In this document: positions 22,424 through 34,520 of the stretch, piece by piece
Position numbering within the stretch: position 1 is the stretch's first letter
Layout of the letters: each line of letters opens with the position of its first letter
Origin: an uncultured Actinomycetota bacterium
GTDB taxonomy: Bacteria; Actinomycetota; Actinomycetes; Propionibacteriales; Nocardioidaceae
Length of the DNA stretch: 64,000 bases
Assembly: GCA_963722135.1 (NCBI GenBank)
Contig: CAVRJT010000001.1
Coordinates: 127,709-191,708, forward strand
Direction of reading: 5' to 3'
The notes under the pieces: model-generated
What the model saw: the letters and a program-made list of their open reading frames with translations, nothing else
Databases searched by the model: none
What the model was told of the DNA's origin: nothing
Program-made: the position numbers and the translations under genes

Positions 22424-22507
22424 GCCTCCACAACGGGAGACAGCTCCTGCGGTTACGCCGCACCCGGGAGCCCAGCTGGGCCCCGGTGCACGGCAGGGGC
22501 ACGCAGA

Positions 22508-22537
22508 AGCGCCCCGGGTCCGGGGACCAGGGGCGCT
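22508..22537. terminator. Hairpin downstream of tRNA-Tyr
   Basis: AGCGCCCCgGGTC-cggg-GACCaGGGGCGCT. Confidence 0.6.
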
Positions 22538-22541
22538 GCTG

Positions 22542-22624
22542 TGGCAGGTGAAGGATTCGAACCTTCGAAGGTATACACCGACGGATTTACAGTCCGTTCC
22601 CATTGGCCGCTCGGGCAACCTGCC
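22542..22624 (-). tRNA. tRNA-Tyr (GTA)
   Basis: GGCAGGTTGCCCGAGCGGCCAATGGGAACGGACTGTAAATCCGT...GGTTCGAATCCTTCACCTGCCA with a long variable arm. Confidence 0.97.
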
Positions 22625-22773
22625 GGGTTGTCGTCGTGCGGTCCGTTTGGCCCCGCGACAACGAGAGGAAACAATAGCGCAGCCCCCGGGCGCGACCGCA
22701 AACCGCCGAGCACCCTCGCCGCGACCAGCGCCGCGCCCACCCCCTCCCGACCCGGAAACACAGGTGGACCCCC

Positions 22774-23265
22774 ATGGCCGACTCGTCCTTCGACATCGTC
22801 TCCAAGATCGACCGCCAGGAGGTCGACAACGCGCTCGGGCAGACCGCCCGCGAGATCGCGACCCGCTTCGACTTCAAGGGCACCGGCGCGAGCATCGAGT
22901 GGTCCGGTGAGCACACGATCGAGATCAGCGCCTCCGCCGACGACCGCGCCAGCGCCGTGCTGGACGTCTTCCAGGGCAAGCTGGTCAAGCGCGACGTGTC
23001 GCTGAAGGTCCTCGACGCCGGCGAGCCCCGCCCCTCGGGCCGCGAGTCGAAGATCTCGATCACGCTCAAGGAGGGCATCAGCTCCGAGGACGCCAAGTTG
23101 GTCTCCAAGCTGATCCGCGACGAGGGCCCCAAGGGCGTCAAGGCGCAGATCCAGGGCGACGAGCTGCGGGTCTCCTCCAAGAAGCGCGACGACCTCCAGG
23201 AGATCATCGCCCTGGTCAAGAGCCAGGACCTCGACTTCCCGGTGCAGTTCACCAACTACCGCTGA
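22774..23265 (+). CDS. yajQ: YajQ family nucleotide/c-di-GMP-binding protein
   Basis: [45 protein letters not shown]. Confidence 0.96.
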   Translation: MADSSFDIVSKIDRQEVDNALGQTAREIATRFDFKGTGASIEWSGEHTIEISASADDRASAVLDVFQGKLVKRDVSLKVLDAGEPRPSGRESKISITLKEGISSEDAKLVSKLIRDEGPKGVKAQIQGDELRVSSKKRDDLQEIIALVKSQDLDFPVQFTNYR

Positions 23266-23377
23266 GCAGCACGTCCGGCGTGGGCAGGACGCCGGGCTCA
23301 CCCCTCGGCGCGGGCCCGGGGTGGTCTCGTCGCGGCCGTACAGTGGGCAGCGCCCGGACGAGCCCGGGACAGGGAAC

Positions 23378-23391
23378 TAGAACAGGTTCTT
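23378..23391. promoter_or_regulatory. KstR-like palindromic operator upstream of korA
   Basis: TAGAACAGGTTCTT matches TnnAACnnGTTnnA except at the last base; lies downstream of the putative -10 TACAGT (23339-23344). Confidence 0.5.
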
Positions 23392-23456
23392 ATTTCGACA
23401 TACCCGGAGTATGCTCGCCTCGTCCACCCGGGCAGCAACGACAGGAGTGGCACCTC

Positions 23457-25427
23457 GTGGCCGAGAACATCAAGCAGGTCAAGCAGCTCGATCGCGTCAT
23501 CATCCGCTTCGCGGGCGACTCCGGCGACGGCATGCAGCTCACGGGTGACCGCTTCACCGCGGAGTCGGCGGCCTTCGGCAACGACCTCGTCACGCTGCCG
23601 AACTTCCCGGCCGAGATCCGCGCCCCCCAGGGCACGCTCCCGGGCGTCAGCTCCTTCCAGGTGCACTTCGCCGACCACGACATCCTCACTCCGGGCGACG
23701 CCCCGGACGTGCTGGTCGCGATGAACCCGGCGGCGCTCAAGGCCAACCTCGGCGACCTGCCCAAGGGCGCGACGATCATCGTGGACTCCCACGACTTCTC
23801 GGCGCGCAACCTCACCAAGGCGGGCTACGACACCAACCCGCTGGAGTCGCTCGAGACCCCCGGCTCCGAGCTGGACGGGTTCAACGTGCACACCGTCGAC
23901 CTCACCGGCATGACGGTCGGTGCGGTCAAGGAGTTCGGGCTCTCGCGCAAGGACGCCTCGCGAGCCAAGAACATGTTCGCCCTCGGTCTGCTCTCGTGGA
24001 TGTACGGCCGCCCCACCGAGGGCACCGAGACGTTCCTGAGCCGCAAGTTCGCCAAGGACGCCGCGGTGCGCGACGCCAACCTCACGGCGTTCCGCGCCGG
24101 GTGGAACTTCGGTGAGACGACCGAGACGTTCGTGGTGCGCTACGAGGTCAAGCCGGCCCCGATGTCGGCCGGCACCTACCGCAACATCACCGGCAACCTG
24201 GCGCTCTCCTACGGCCTGGTGGCCGCGGGCGTGCAGTCCGGGCTCCCGGTCTTCCTGGGCTCCTACCCGATCACCCCGGCCAGCGACATCCTCCACGAGC
24301 TGTCCAAGCACAAGGGCTTCGGCGTGACCACCTTCCAGGCCGAGGACGAGATCGCCGGTGTGGGAGCCGCCATCGGCGCCTCGTTCTCCGGATCGCTCGG
24401 CGTGACCACGACCTCCGGGCCGGGCCTCGCCCTGAAGTCCGAGGCCATCGGCCTGGCCGTGATGACCGAGCTCCCCCTGCTCGTCGTCGACGTCCAGCGA
24501 GGCGGTCCCTCGACGGGCCTGCCCACCAAGACCGAGCAGTCCGACCTGCTCCAGGCGATGTTCGGTCGCAACGGCGAGGCCCCGGTGCCGATCGTGGCGC
24601 CGCAGTCGCCCGGCGACTGCTTCGACGCCGCGATCGAGGCCGCGCGCATCGCCATCACCTACCGCACCCCGGTGCTGCTGCTCTCGGACGGCTACCTGGC
24701 CAACGGCTCCGAGCCGTGGCGGATCCCCGAGGTCTCGGACCTGCCCGGCATCGACCCCGCCTTCGCGACCGGGCCCAACCACACCGCGACCAGCACCGCG
24801 AAGGACGGCACGGTCACCGAGACCGAGGACTTCTGGCCGTACCTGCGCGACGAGGAGACCCTCGCGCGTCCGTGGGCGATCCCGGGCACCCCCGGTCTCG
24901 AGCACCGCATCGGTGGCCTCGAGAAGGCCGAGGGCCACGGCAACATCTCCTACGACCCCGCCAACCACGACCTGATGGTGCGCACCCGCCAGGCCAAGGT
25001 CGACCGCATCGCCGAGTCGCTGCCGCCGCTCGTCGTCGACGACCCCTCCGGCCGCGCCAAGGTCCTGGTGCTCGGGTGGGGCTCCACGTACGGCCCGATC
25101 GGTGCCGGCGTACGGCGCGTGCGCCGGGCCGGCTACGACGTCGCCCAGGTCCACCTGCGTCACCTCAACCCGTTCCCGAAGGACCTCGGCGAGATCCTCG
25201 CGCGCTACGACAAGGTCCTCGTCCCCGAGATGAACCTCGGCCAGCTCTCGATGCTGCTGCGCGCGAGGTACCTCGTCGACGCCATCGGCTACCACCAGGT
25301 CAACGGCATGCCCCTCAAGGCCTCCGAGCTCGCCGAGGCGATCGGTCAGCTCGTCGCCCAGGCGGAGGGCATCCCCGCCGACGAGCTCGACCTGTCCGTC
25401 GCCACCAGCCAGGAGGTCCACCAGTGA
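23457..25427 (+). CDS. korA: 2-oxoacid:acceptor oxidoreductase alpha subunit
   Basis: [46 protein letters not shown]; AGGAG RBS before GTG. Confidence 0.96.
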   Translation: MAENIKQVKQLDRVIIRFAGDSGDGMQLTGDRFTAESAAFGNDLVTLPNFPAEIRAPQGTLPGVSSFQVHFADHDILTPGDAPDVLVAMNPAALKANLGDLPKGATIIVDSHDFSARNLTKAGYDTNPLESLETPGSELDGFNVHTVDLTGMTVGAVKEFGLSRKDASRAKNMFALGLLSWMYGRPTEGTETFLSRKFAKDAAVRDANLTAFRAGWNFGETTETFVVRYEVKPAPMSAGTYRNITGNLALSYGLVAAGVQSGLPVFLGSYPITPASDILHELSKHKGFGVTTFQAEDEIAGVGAAIGASFSGSLGVTTTSGPGLALKSEAIGLAVMTELPLLVVDVQRGGPSTGLPTKTEQSDLLQAMFGRNGEAPVPIVAPQSPGDCFDAAIEAARIAITYRTPVLLLSDGYLANGSEPWRIPEVSDLPGIDPAFATGPNHTATSTAKDGTVTETEDFWPYLRDEETLARPWAIPGTPGLEHRIGGLEKAEGHGNISYDPANHDLMVRTRQAKVDRIAESLPPLVVDDPSGRAKVLVLGWGSTYGPIGAGVRRVRRAGYDVAQVHLRHLNPFPKDLGEILARYDKVLVPEMNLGQLSMLLRARYLVDAIGYHQVNGMPLKASELAEAIGQLVAQAEGIPADELDLSVATSQEVHQ

Positions 25428-26555
25428 CGACCACATCCACCCCGGCCGACCTGGGCCTGCCCGGCCTCCGCTCGGGCACCGAGTCGGTCCCCGCCTACGA
25501 GGGCGAGGCCGCGCAGACCGGCAAGGACTACACCTCCGACCAGGAGGTGCGCTGGTGCCCCGGGTGCGGCGACTACGCCGTCCTCAAGGCCGTGCAGTCC
25601 TTCCTGCCCGACCTCGGGCTGCGGCGCGAGAACATCGTGTTCGTCTCGGGCATCGGCTGCTCGAGCCGCTTCCCCTACTACCTCGACACCTACGGCATGC
25701 ACTCGATCCACGGCCGGGCGCCGTCGATCGCCACCGGCATCGCCACGGCGCGCGAGGACCTCTCGGTGTGGGTGGTCACCGGCGACGGCGACGCGCTCTC
25801 CATCGGCGGCAACCACCTGATCCACGCCCTGCGCCGCAACGTCAACATGACGATCCTGCTCTTCAACAACCGGATCTACGGCCTGACCAAGGGCCAGTAC
25901 TCCCCCACCTCGGAGACCGGCAAGGTCACCAAGTCGACCCCGATGGGCTCGGTGGACCACCCCTTCAACCCGGTCTCGCTGGCCCTGGGCGCGGAGGCCA
26001 CGTTCGTGGCGCGCACCATCGACTCCGACCGCAAGCACCTCACCGAGGTGCTCGCCGCGGCCGCCGCCCACCGGGGCACGTCGCTGGTGGAGATCTACCA
26101 GAACTGCCCGATCTTCAACGACGGCGCGTTCGACGCGATCAAGGACCGCGACACCAAGGCCGACGCGATCATCCCGCTGGTGCACGGCGAGCCGATCACC
26201 TTCGGCGTGCCCGACCGAGGACGGTCGTGCCACCAAGGGCGTGGCCCACGACCCGGCCACCGGCGGCGTGCGCGTCGTCGAGGTGGGCGACGGTCCCGGC
26301 CAGGTGGCCGAGAGCGACCTGCTGGTCCACGACGCGCACAACCCCGACCCGTCGGTGGCGTTCGCGATCAGCCGGCTGACCGACGCGGGCTACCTGAACA
26401 CCAGCCCGATCGGGATCTTCCGCCAGGTCGAGCGCGAGACCTACGACGACCAGGCGCGCGCCCAGCTCGCGACCGCCGGCGCCGCCACCAGCGACGACCC
26501 CAGCGACCGGTCTGGCGCCCTGATCACCGGCGCCGACACCTGGACGGTCGTCTGA
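25424..26555 (+). CDS. korB: 2-oxoacid:ferredoxin oxidoreductase beta subunit (one frameshift)
   Basis: [18 protein letters not shown] motif GDGD..SIGGNH..NN, QNCPIFN. Confidence 0.95.
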
Positions 26556-26578
26556 GCCGTCGGGGCACCAGACGCAGC

Positions 26579-26610
26579 AGAGGCCCCCATCCATGCGGAT
26601 GGGGGCCTCT
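26579..26610. terminator. Hairpin terminator after korB
   Basis: 14-bp perfect stem AGAGGCCCCCATCC/GGATGGGGGCCTCT. Confidence 0.8.
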
Positions 26611-26625
26611 TCGGCTCGTGCGGGC

Positions 26626-27036
26626 TCAGCCGATCCGGTAGATGTACAACGATGCCGAGGAAGCGCCCTTGTACTTGTCGTTCGGCGTGGTCTTCACGCG
26701 GTAGTAGACGCGCTTGACGCCCTTCTTGGGACCGGCGACCTGCTGCGTGTAGCGCCCCTTGTTGTTGGTCTTGATCTGGCGGAAGGTCTTCCAGCTCTTC
26801 TTGCAGTTGGAGTTGGTGCCGCACTCCTTGAACTGCACGACGGCGTTGATCTTCGTGCCCGTGGCGGGGGTGACGCGGCCCTTGAGCACGAACTTGTTGG
26901 GCTGGGGCTCCGTGCCCTTGATGCTGATCTCGCGCGCGATCTTCTCCGCGGCGTTGGCCGGTGCCGTGACGGACGTCAGCCCGGCGACGAGGAACAGCCC
27001 GGTGAGGACTGCGAGGACGCGGTGGATGGTCCGCAT
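26626..27036 (-). CDS. Small secreted, strongly cationic protein (136 aa)
   Basis: AGGAG RBS, Sec signal ending APANA, Lys-rich mature part with a CxxxxxC pair. Confidence 0.8.
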   Translation of the reverse strand: MRTIHRVLAVLTGLFLVAGLTSVTAPANAAEKIAREISIKGTEPQPNKFVLKGRVTPATGTKINAVVQFKECGTNSNCKKSWKTFRQIKTNNKGRYTQQVAGPKKGVKRVYYRVKTTPNDKYKGASSASLYIYRIG

Positions 27037-27125
27037 GTGTTCTCCTGCTGCTGGTGTGGGGGGTGTGTCGGGTTTTACCTGCCCCCGCTGCGACCTGGCC
27101 AAACACCGGTGCCTAACCTGCTGTG

Positions 27126-28030
27126 GTGGCCGAGTCCCGCCGCGGTGTCCTGCTGGGGACCGCCGCCTACCTGATGTGGGGAGCCTTCCCCCTCTACTTC
27201 CCCCTGCTCGAACCCGCCGGCTGCGCTGGAGATGCTCGGCCACCGGGTCGTGTGGTCGGCGCTCACGATGACGATCGTGGTGGTGGCGCTGCACCAGGTG
27301 GCGGCGCTGCGAGCGCTGCTGGCCGACCGGCGGCGCACGGCGCTGCTGCTGGCCGCGGCGGCCGTGACCATCACGGTCAACTGGGGCGTCTACATCTACG
27401 GCGTCACCCACGACCGGGTGGTCGAGACGGCGCTCGGCTACTACATCAACCCCCTGGTCACGGTGCTGCTGGGCGTGCTGGTGCTGGGTGAGCGGATGCG
27501 CCGGCTCCAGTGGGTCGCGCTCGGCGATCGCCGCGGTCGCCGTGGCGGTGCTCACCGTCGGCTACGGGCGACTGCCCTGGGTGGCGATCGCGCTGGCGCT
27601 CTCCTTCGGCAGCTACGGGCTGCTGAAGAAGACCGCCAACGCCGGCGCGGTGCCGAGCCTGACGCTCGAGACCCTCTTCATCGCGCCGGTCGCGCTGGTC
27701 TACCTCGCGTTCCTGGGCAGCAGCGGCGCGCGCCGAGTTCGGCGACAACGGCCTCGTGCCACGCGCTGCTGCTGACCACGACCGGCGTGGTGACCGCGGT
27801 GCCGCTGCTGTGCTTCGGCGCGGCCGCCACCCGCATCCCGCTGACCACCATCGGGCTGCTGCAGTACCTCACCCCGACCCTGCAGTTCCTGCTCGGGGTC
27901 CTCTACTTCCGCGAGGACATGCCGGCGGCGCGCTGGGTCGGGTTCGCGCTGGTGTGGATCGCGCTGGTGATCTTCACCTTCGAGGCGCTGCGCCACCGGC
28001 GCCGCCAGCTGCGTCTCGCACCGTGGCTGA
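27126..28030 (+). CDS. rarD: EamA-family transporter RarD (frameshifted, end approximate)
   Basis: AYLMWGAFPLYF, HRVVWS, NWGVYIY, LGYYINPL, GLLQYLTPTLQF. Confidence 0.9.
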
Positions 28031-28052
28031 CCGCCGCTGCCGGACGTCGACG

Positions 28053-29080
28053 TCCGAGCCGGTGCGGACGGCGACGAGGTCGGCGAAGGCGGCCAGGGCG
28101 TCGCGGACCGGGCCCGGCGGGCAGCACGTCGAGGTGGCGCTTGGCCTCCTCGGCCTGCGCGAGGACGTAGGCGCGGGCCTCGTCCATCGCCGGGTGGGCG
28201 CGCAGCAGCGCGAGGGTCTCGGCGAGCAGCGCGTCGTCGGTGAGGTCGGCGTCGAGCAGCTCGAGCAGCCGTACGTCGGCGGGGTCGCTCGGAGCCGGCG
28301 CACCCGGCCCGCGCCATCAGCACCGGCAGCGTGGCCACGCCCTCGCGCAGGTCGGTGCCGGGCGTCTTGCCGGACTCGTCGGACTCGGAGGCGACGTCGA
28401 GGATGTCGTCGGAGAGCTGGAAGGCCGAGCCGACGATCTCGCCGTACGCCGCCAGCGCCTCCTCGACCTCGCGCGAGGCGCCGCTGAAGCGGGCGCCGTA
28501 GCGGGCCGAGGTGGCGATCAGCGAACCGGTCTTGCCGGCCACCACGTCGAGGTAGTGCTGGAGCGGGTCCTCGCCGGGGCCGGGGTCGACCGTCTCGAGG
28601 ATCTGGCCCTCGACCAGGCGGGTGAAGGTCTCGGCCTGGATGCGCACGGCGTCGGCGCCCAGGCGGGCGGTCAGCTCGGAGGAGCGGGCGAAGAGGAAGT
28701 CGCCGGTGAGGATGGCGACCAGGTTGTCCCAGCGCGCGTTGGCGGAGTCGGCGCCGCGACGCAGCGCGGCCTCGTCCATCACGTCGTCGTGGTAGAGCGA
28801 GCCCAGGTGCGTGATCTCGACGACGCAGGCGGCCGTCAGCACGTCCTCGGCGCCCGGGTCCGTGCCGGCCTCGGCGGCCAGCAGCACCAGCAGCGGGCGG
28901 AACCGCTTGCCGCCGGCGGCCAGCAGGTGCGCCGCGGCCTCGGAGACGTACTTGGTGCGGCCCTGGACGTAGCCGGCCAGCAGCTCCTCGATGGCGTCGA
29001 GGCGCTCCTGCAGACGGGTCGGCGAGGGCCTCGTCGCTGACGGGCAGGGCCAGGTTGGCCAGGGGCGGGGTCGAGCTCAC
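28053..29080 (-). CDS. Polyprenyl diphosphate synthase (HepT/GrcC-like; frameshifted, end approximate)
   Basis: GGKRFRP, LYHDDVMD, FQLSDDILD, GKTPGTDLREG. Confidence 0.92.
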
Positions 29081-30672
29081 CTGATGAATTGTCCGGCATC
29101 GGCCGCCAGGTCCAGCACCGGCCCCGGCACCACGCCGAGCGCCAGGGTGCCGATCACGCCGACGACGATGACGACGGTGGTCAGCATCGACGGCGTGGTC
29201 ACCGAGGCGACCTCGCCCTCGGGCATCGGCGAAGTACATGACGCGGATCAGGTGGACGTAGAAGTAGACCGACAGCACGCTGGCGAGGATCGCCACGAGC
29301 ACGACCGGCCAGGCGCCCGCGGCGAGGGCGACGGTGAAGACCGCCCACTTGCCGGTGAAGCCCGCGGTCAGCGGGATGCCGGCCATCGAGAGCAGGAAGA
29401 ACGCGAACGCGCCGGCCACGATCGGCGAGCGTCGCCCGAGCCCGGCCCAGCGCGCCATCGCGGGTCGCCTCCCCGGAGGAGTCGCGCACCAGCGTGACGA
29501 TGGCGAAGGCGCCCATCGTCGCGAAGCTGTAGGCGCGCCAGGTAGAACAGCACCGACTGCAGCGCGGTGATCTGGCCCTCGGCGAGCTCGCTGGCGCTCT
29601 GGACGCCGAGCACGCCGGTGAGCAGGAAGCCGGTGTGGGCGATCGCGGAGTAGGCCAGCATCCGCTTCACGTCGGTCTGCACGATCGCGAGCACCGCGCC
29701 CGACGAGCATCGTGAGGATGGCGACGACCCACAGCATCGGCTGCCAGGACCAGCGCTCGGCGCCGAAGGCGACGTAGAGCAGGCGCAGGATCGCGCCGAA
29801 GGCGGCGACCTTGGTGCCGGCGGCCATGAAGGCGGTCACCGCGGTCGGGGCGCCCTGGTAGACGTCGGGCGTCCAGGAGTGGAACGGCACGGCGCCGACC
29901 TTGAAGAACAGGCCGACCATCAGCATGCCGATGCCCACGAGCAGCAGGGCCCGGTTGCCGGTGTCGTTGCGCACCGCCGCGTCGATCGCGGCCAGGTCCA
30001 TGGACCCGGCGAAGCCGTAGACCAGCGCGACGCCGTAGAGGAAGAAGCCGGAGGAGAACGCGCCCAGCAGGAAGTACTTCAGCGCCGCCTCCTGGCTGAG
30101 CAGGCGCCGGCGTCGCGCCAGGCCGCAGAGCAGGTAGAGCGGCAGCGAGAGCACCTCGAGCGCCACGAACATGGTCAGCAGGTCGCCGGAGGCCGGGAAG
30201 AGCAGCATGCCGGTGACGGCGAACATCAGCAGCGGGTAGACCTCGCTGTGGTCGAGGCCCTGGGCCCGACGCTCGGCCTCGGTGCCCGGGAGGGCTGCGG
30301 CCTGGCCGGCGAAGGCCGAGACCCCGCTCTCGAGGCGGCGCTCGGCGAAGAGCGCCACGCCACCGAGGGCGAAGACCAGCAGCAGTCCCCCAGATGAAGA
30401 CGGTCGGGCCGTCGACGACGACCGACCCGGCCGCACCGATCAGGCCGCGCGCGGCGCCGCCCTCGGTCGACCTCCAGGTCCATGCCGATCAGCACGGTGC
30501 CGACGAGGGCGGCGAGCAGACCGGCGACGGCCAGCACCACCTGGACGGCGTGGCGGCGCTCGCGGGGCAGGAAGGCCTCAGCGAGGAGCCCGAGGCAGGC
30601 GACGCCGAAGACCACGAAGAGCGGCCAGATGCTGGCGTACTCCATCAGCGGCTGGGTGAACTCGGGGCCCAT
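29077..30672 (-). CDS. nuoN: NADH-quinone oxidoreductase subunit N (frameshifted)
   Basis: EAALKYFLLGAFSS, FKVGAVPFHSWTPDVYQGAPT, KRMLAYSAIAH, GIPLTAGF. Confidence 0.93.
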
Positions 30673-32272
30673 CAGTTCTCGCCCTCCTCGGCGGTGTCGC
30701 TGTCGCTGTGCGCGTCGGTGCCCGCGGCGGGCGCGGTCACCTCCGGCGGGTCGTCACTGACGCCCACCTGGCTGAGCAGGTCACCGACGTAGGGGTCGGA
30801 GGCCTCCATCAGCGGCAGCGGGTAGAAGCCGAAGAACACCAGGCCCACGAAGAGCGGAGCCACGGCGACCAGTCTCGCGCAGCGTGATGTCGCGGGTCGT
30901 CGCGCACCGTGCCGGGCACCGGCTCGAGGCTCGGGCCGGTCATCGTGCGCTGGTACATCCACAGGGCGTAGATCGCGGCCAGCACGATGCCGGTGACCGC
31001 CACCGCGCCGACGTACCAGGCGTACTGGAAGGCCGCGATGATGACGAGCATCTCGGAGACGAAGGTGCTCAGGCCGGGCAGGCCCAGCGCGGCCAGGCCG
31101 GCGATCAGGAACAGGCCGGCGAGGACCGGGGTGACCTTCTCGATGCCGCCCATCTCGCGGATCGAGGCGGTGCCCCGGCGCTGGACGATGAAGCCCGCGA
31201 CCAGGAACAGCGCCGCGGTGCCGAGACCGTGGTTGACCATGTAGAGGATCGAACCGGTGCCGCCCTGGCGTCGAGAAGACGAAGATGCCCAGGGTGATGA
31301 AGCCGAAGTGGCTCAGCGAGGTCAGACCGATCAGGCGCATCAGGTCGTCCTGGCCGATGGCCACCAGCGCGCCGTAGACGATCGAGACCAGCGCGAGCAC
31401 CACGACCAGCGGGGTGGCCCACTGCGAGGCCTCGGGGAACAGCCCCAGGCAGAAGCGCAGCATCCCGAAGGTGCCGATCTTGTCGAGCACGCAGACCAGC
31501 AGCACCGCGGTGCCCGGGGTGGCCCGCTCGGTGGTGTCGGCCAGCCAGGTGTGCACCGGGAACAGCGGCGCCTTGATCGCGAAGGCGATGAAGAAGGCGG
31601 CGAAGAGCCAGCGCCCGGCGCTGGTGCCGATGTCGAGCTCGGCGAGGTCGGAGAGCAGGTACGACGGCGTGCCCTGCTGGGCGGAGACGACGTACAGGCC
31701 GATGACGCCACCGAGCAGCACCAGGCCGCCGGCGAGCTGGAACATCAGGAACTTGACCGCGGCCGCGCTGCGACCCGACCCGGCCGAAGCCGCCGATGAG
31801 GAAGTAGGCGGGGATCAGCGTCGCCTCGAAGACGACGTAGAAGAGGAAGACGTCGGTGGCCATGAAGACCGCCAGCGACAGCGCCTCGAGGGCCAGGGTC
31901 CAGGCGACGAACGCGGCCGGGCGAGCCCTGCGCGCCGCCGTCGAGGTAGCCCTCGTGGTCGCGCCAGGACGCCAGCAGCACGATCGGCACCAGCACCGCG
32001 GTCAGCAGCACCAGCAGCAGGCCGAGACCGTCGACGCCGAGGGCGTAGTGGACCCCGAAGGCGCTGATCCAGTCGTGGGTCTCGGTGAGCTGCATGCCGC
32101 CGTCGACGTCGTACTGGAAGCGCGACCGCGACGGCGAGCGCGAGGGTGCCGAGCGAGACGCCGAGACCGACCTGCTTGGTCAGCGCGGCCGAGCCGCGCA
32201 GGAAGGGCATCGCCACCGCGCCCGACGAGGGGAAGCAGGATCGAGCAGGCTGAGCCAGGGGACGTCGGACAT
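30672..32272 (-). CDS. nuoM: NADH-quinone oxidoreductase subunit M (frameshifted)
   Basis: FYVVFEATLIP, KAPLFPVHTWL, MVNHG, LGLPGLSTFVSE. Confidence 0.93.
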
Positions 32273-34213
32273 CAGAGGTTCACCACCAGGAGCGCCGCGA
32301 CGACGAGGATGACTCCGCCGAGCGACGGAGAGGGCGTAGGAGCGCACGAAACCGTTCTGGACCTTGCGCAGCTGGCCACCGAGCGCGGCGGTGACACCGG
32401 CTCCGCCGGTGAACAGCGCGTCGACCAGGCTGCGGTCACCGCGGGTGAGCCCCGCGGTGGCGCGCCGTCCGGGGTTGATCACCAGGGTCTCGTTGATGGT
32501 GTCGCCGTAGAGGTCGGCGCGCGCGGCACGGGTCGCGAACGAGACGTCCTGCGGCGCGTGCACCGGCACGGCCGCTTGCCGACCAGGACCCACGCGGTGG
32601 CGACGCCGAGGCCGACCGCGACGAGGATCGCAGCGGTGATCACGATCGCCGGGACCGGCGGCTCGTGCTCGGGGATGGTGCCCACGACCGGAGCGAGCCA
32701 GTCGACGATCCAGTGGCCGAGGTAGAGCACCCCGCCGAGCACCGACAGCGCGGCGAGCACGACCAGCGGGCCGGTCATCACCGAGGGCGACTCGTGGGGG
32801 TGCATGTCGTCCTTCCAGCGCTTCTCGCCGAAGAAGGTCATCAGCATCAGCCGGGTCATGTAGAAGCCGGTGACGCCGGCGCCGATCAGCGCGGCGGCGC
32901 CGGCGACCGGGCTCTCGATGAGCGCGGTCTCGATGATCTTGTCCTTGGACCAGAAGCCCGAGAACAGCGGGAAGCCGATGATCGCCAGGTAGCCCATGGC
33001 GAAGGTCAGGAAGGTGACCGGCATCAGCCTTGCGCAGCGCGCCGTAGCGGCGCATGTCGACGTCGTCGTTCATGCCGTGCATGACCGAGCCGGCGCCCAG
33101 GAACATGTTGGCCTTGAAGAAGCCGTGGGTGATGAGGTGGAAGATCGCGAAGGCGTAGCCGTACACGCCGAGGCCGGCGGCCAGCATCATGTAGCCGATC
33201 TGGCTCATCGTGGAGCCGGCGAGGGCCTTCTTGATGTCGTCCTTGGCGCAACCGATGACCGCACCCCACAGGAGCGTGACGGTGGCGACCACGATGACCG
33301 CGGTCTGTGCGTGCGGGGCGAGCTCGAAGACGAAGTTGGAGCGCACCACCAGGTAGACGCCGGCGGTGACCATGGTCGCGGCGTGGATGAGCGCGGAGAC
33401 CGGGGTCGGGCCCTCCATCGCGTCGAGCAGCCACGACTGCAGCGGCACCTGGGCGGACTTGCCGCAGGCAGCGAGCAGGAGCAGCAGGCCCAGCGCGGTG
33501 AGCACGCCGTCGCCGGCGCCGGAGGCGTTGGCGCTGATCACGGTGAAGCTGGTCGAGCCGAAGGTGACGAAGAAGAGCGCGATGCCGAGGCTCAGCCCGA
33601 TGTCGCCGACGCGGTTGACGACGAAGGCCTTCTTGGCCGCGGCGGCCGCCGAGGGCTTGTGCTGCCAGAAGCCGATGAGCAGGTACGAGGCCAGGCCGAC
33701 GCCCTCCCAGCCCAGGAACAGGCCGAGGTAGTTCTCGCTGAGCACCAGCATCAGCATGGCGGCGACGAAGAGGTTGAGGTAGGCGAAGAAGCGGCGCCGA
33801 CGCGGGTCGTGCTCCATGTAGCCGATCGAGTAGACGTGGATCAGCGAGCCGACGCCGGTGATCAGCAGCAGGAACAGCACCGACAGCGGGTCGAGGAGCA
33901 GGTCGATGGAGACCGTGAGGTCACCGACGCGCATCCAGTCGTAGAGGTGCTGCACGACCTGGCGCTCGCCCTCGTCGCGACCGAGCATCGACACGAAGAG
34001 CACGACGCTGAGCACGAAGGAGCCGACGGCGGTCAGCGTGCCGAGCCAGTGGCCCCACGCGTCGGTACGCCGCCCGCCGAGGAGCAGGATCGCGGCACCG
34101 GCCAGCGGCAGCGCGATGACCAGCCACAGCAGCGAGAAGACACCGTCGGCGCCCACGGGGTCGATCACGGGGATGGACGCGCCACCCTCGGACATGAGAA
34201 ACATCTGCGGCAT
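32272..34213 (-). CDS. nuoL: NADH-quinone oxidoreductase subunit L (frameshifted)
   Basis: GWEGVGLASYLLIGFW, GKSAQVPLQSWLLDAMEGPTPVSALIHAATMV. Confidence 0.95.
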
Positions 34214-34217
34214 GCTC

Positions 34218-34520
34218 CTAGTACTTCAGCAGGCTCGCGTCGTCGACCGAGGCCGAGCGACGAGTCCGGAAGATGGTCATGATGATGGCGAGCCCGACCA
34301 CGACCTCGGCGGCGGCCACGACCATCACGAAGAAGGCGGCGACCTGGCCGTCGAGGTTGCCGTGCTGCTTGGCGAAGGCCACCAGCGCGAGGTTGCAGGC
34401 GTTCAGCATCAGCTCGACGCTCATGAACACCACGATGGCGTTGCGGCGCGTGAGCACGCCGACCGAGCCGATCGTGAACAGGATCGTGCTCAGCACGATG
34501 TAGGGGGTGACGTCGTCCAT
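34218..34520 (-). CDS. nuoK: NADH-quinone oxidoreductase subunit K
   Basis: [27 protein letters not shown]. Confidence 0.96.
   Translation of the reverse strand: MDDVTPYIVLSTILFTIGSVGVLTRRNAIVVFMSVELMLNACNLALVAFAKQHGNLDGQVAAFFVMVVAAAEVVVGLAIIMTIFRTRRSASVDDASLLKY

Noticed and set aside
23378-23391. LexA/SOS box upstream of korA
   Set aside because: The spacing is GAAC-N2-GTTC, not the N4 of actinobacterial SOS boxes.
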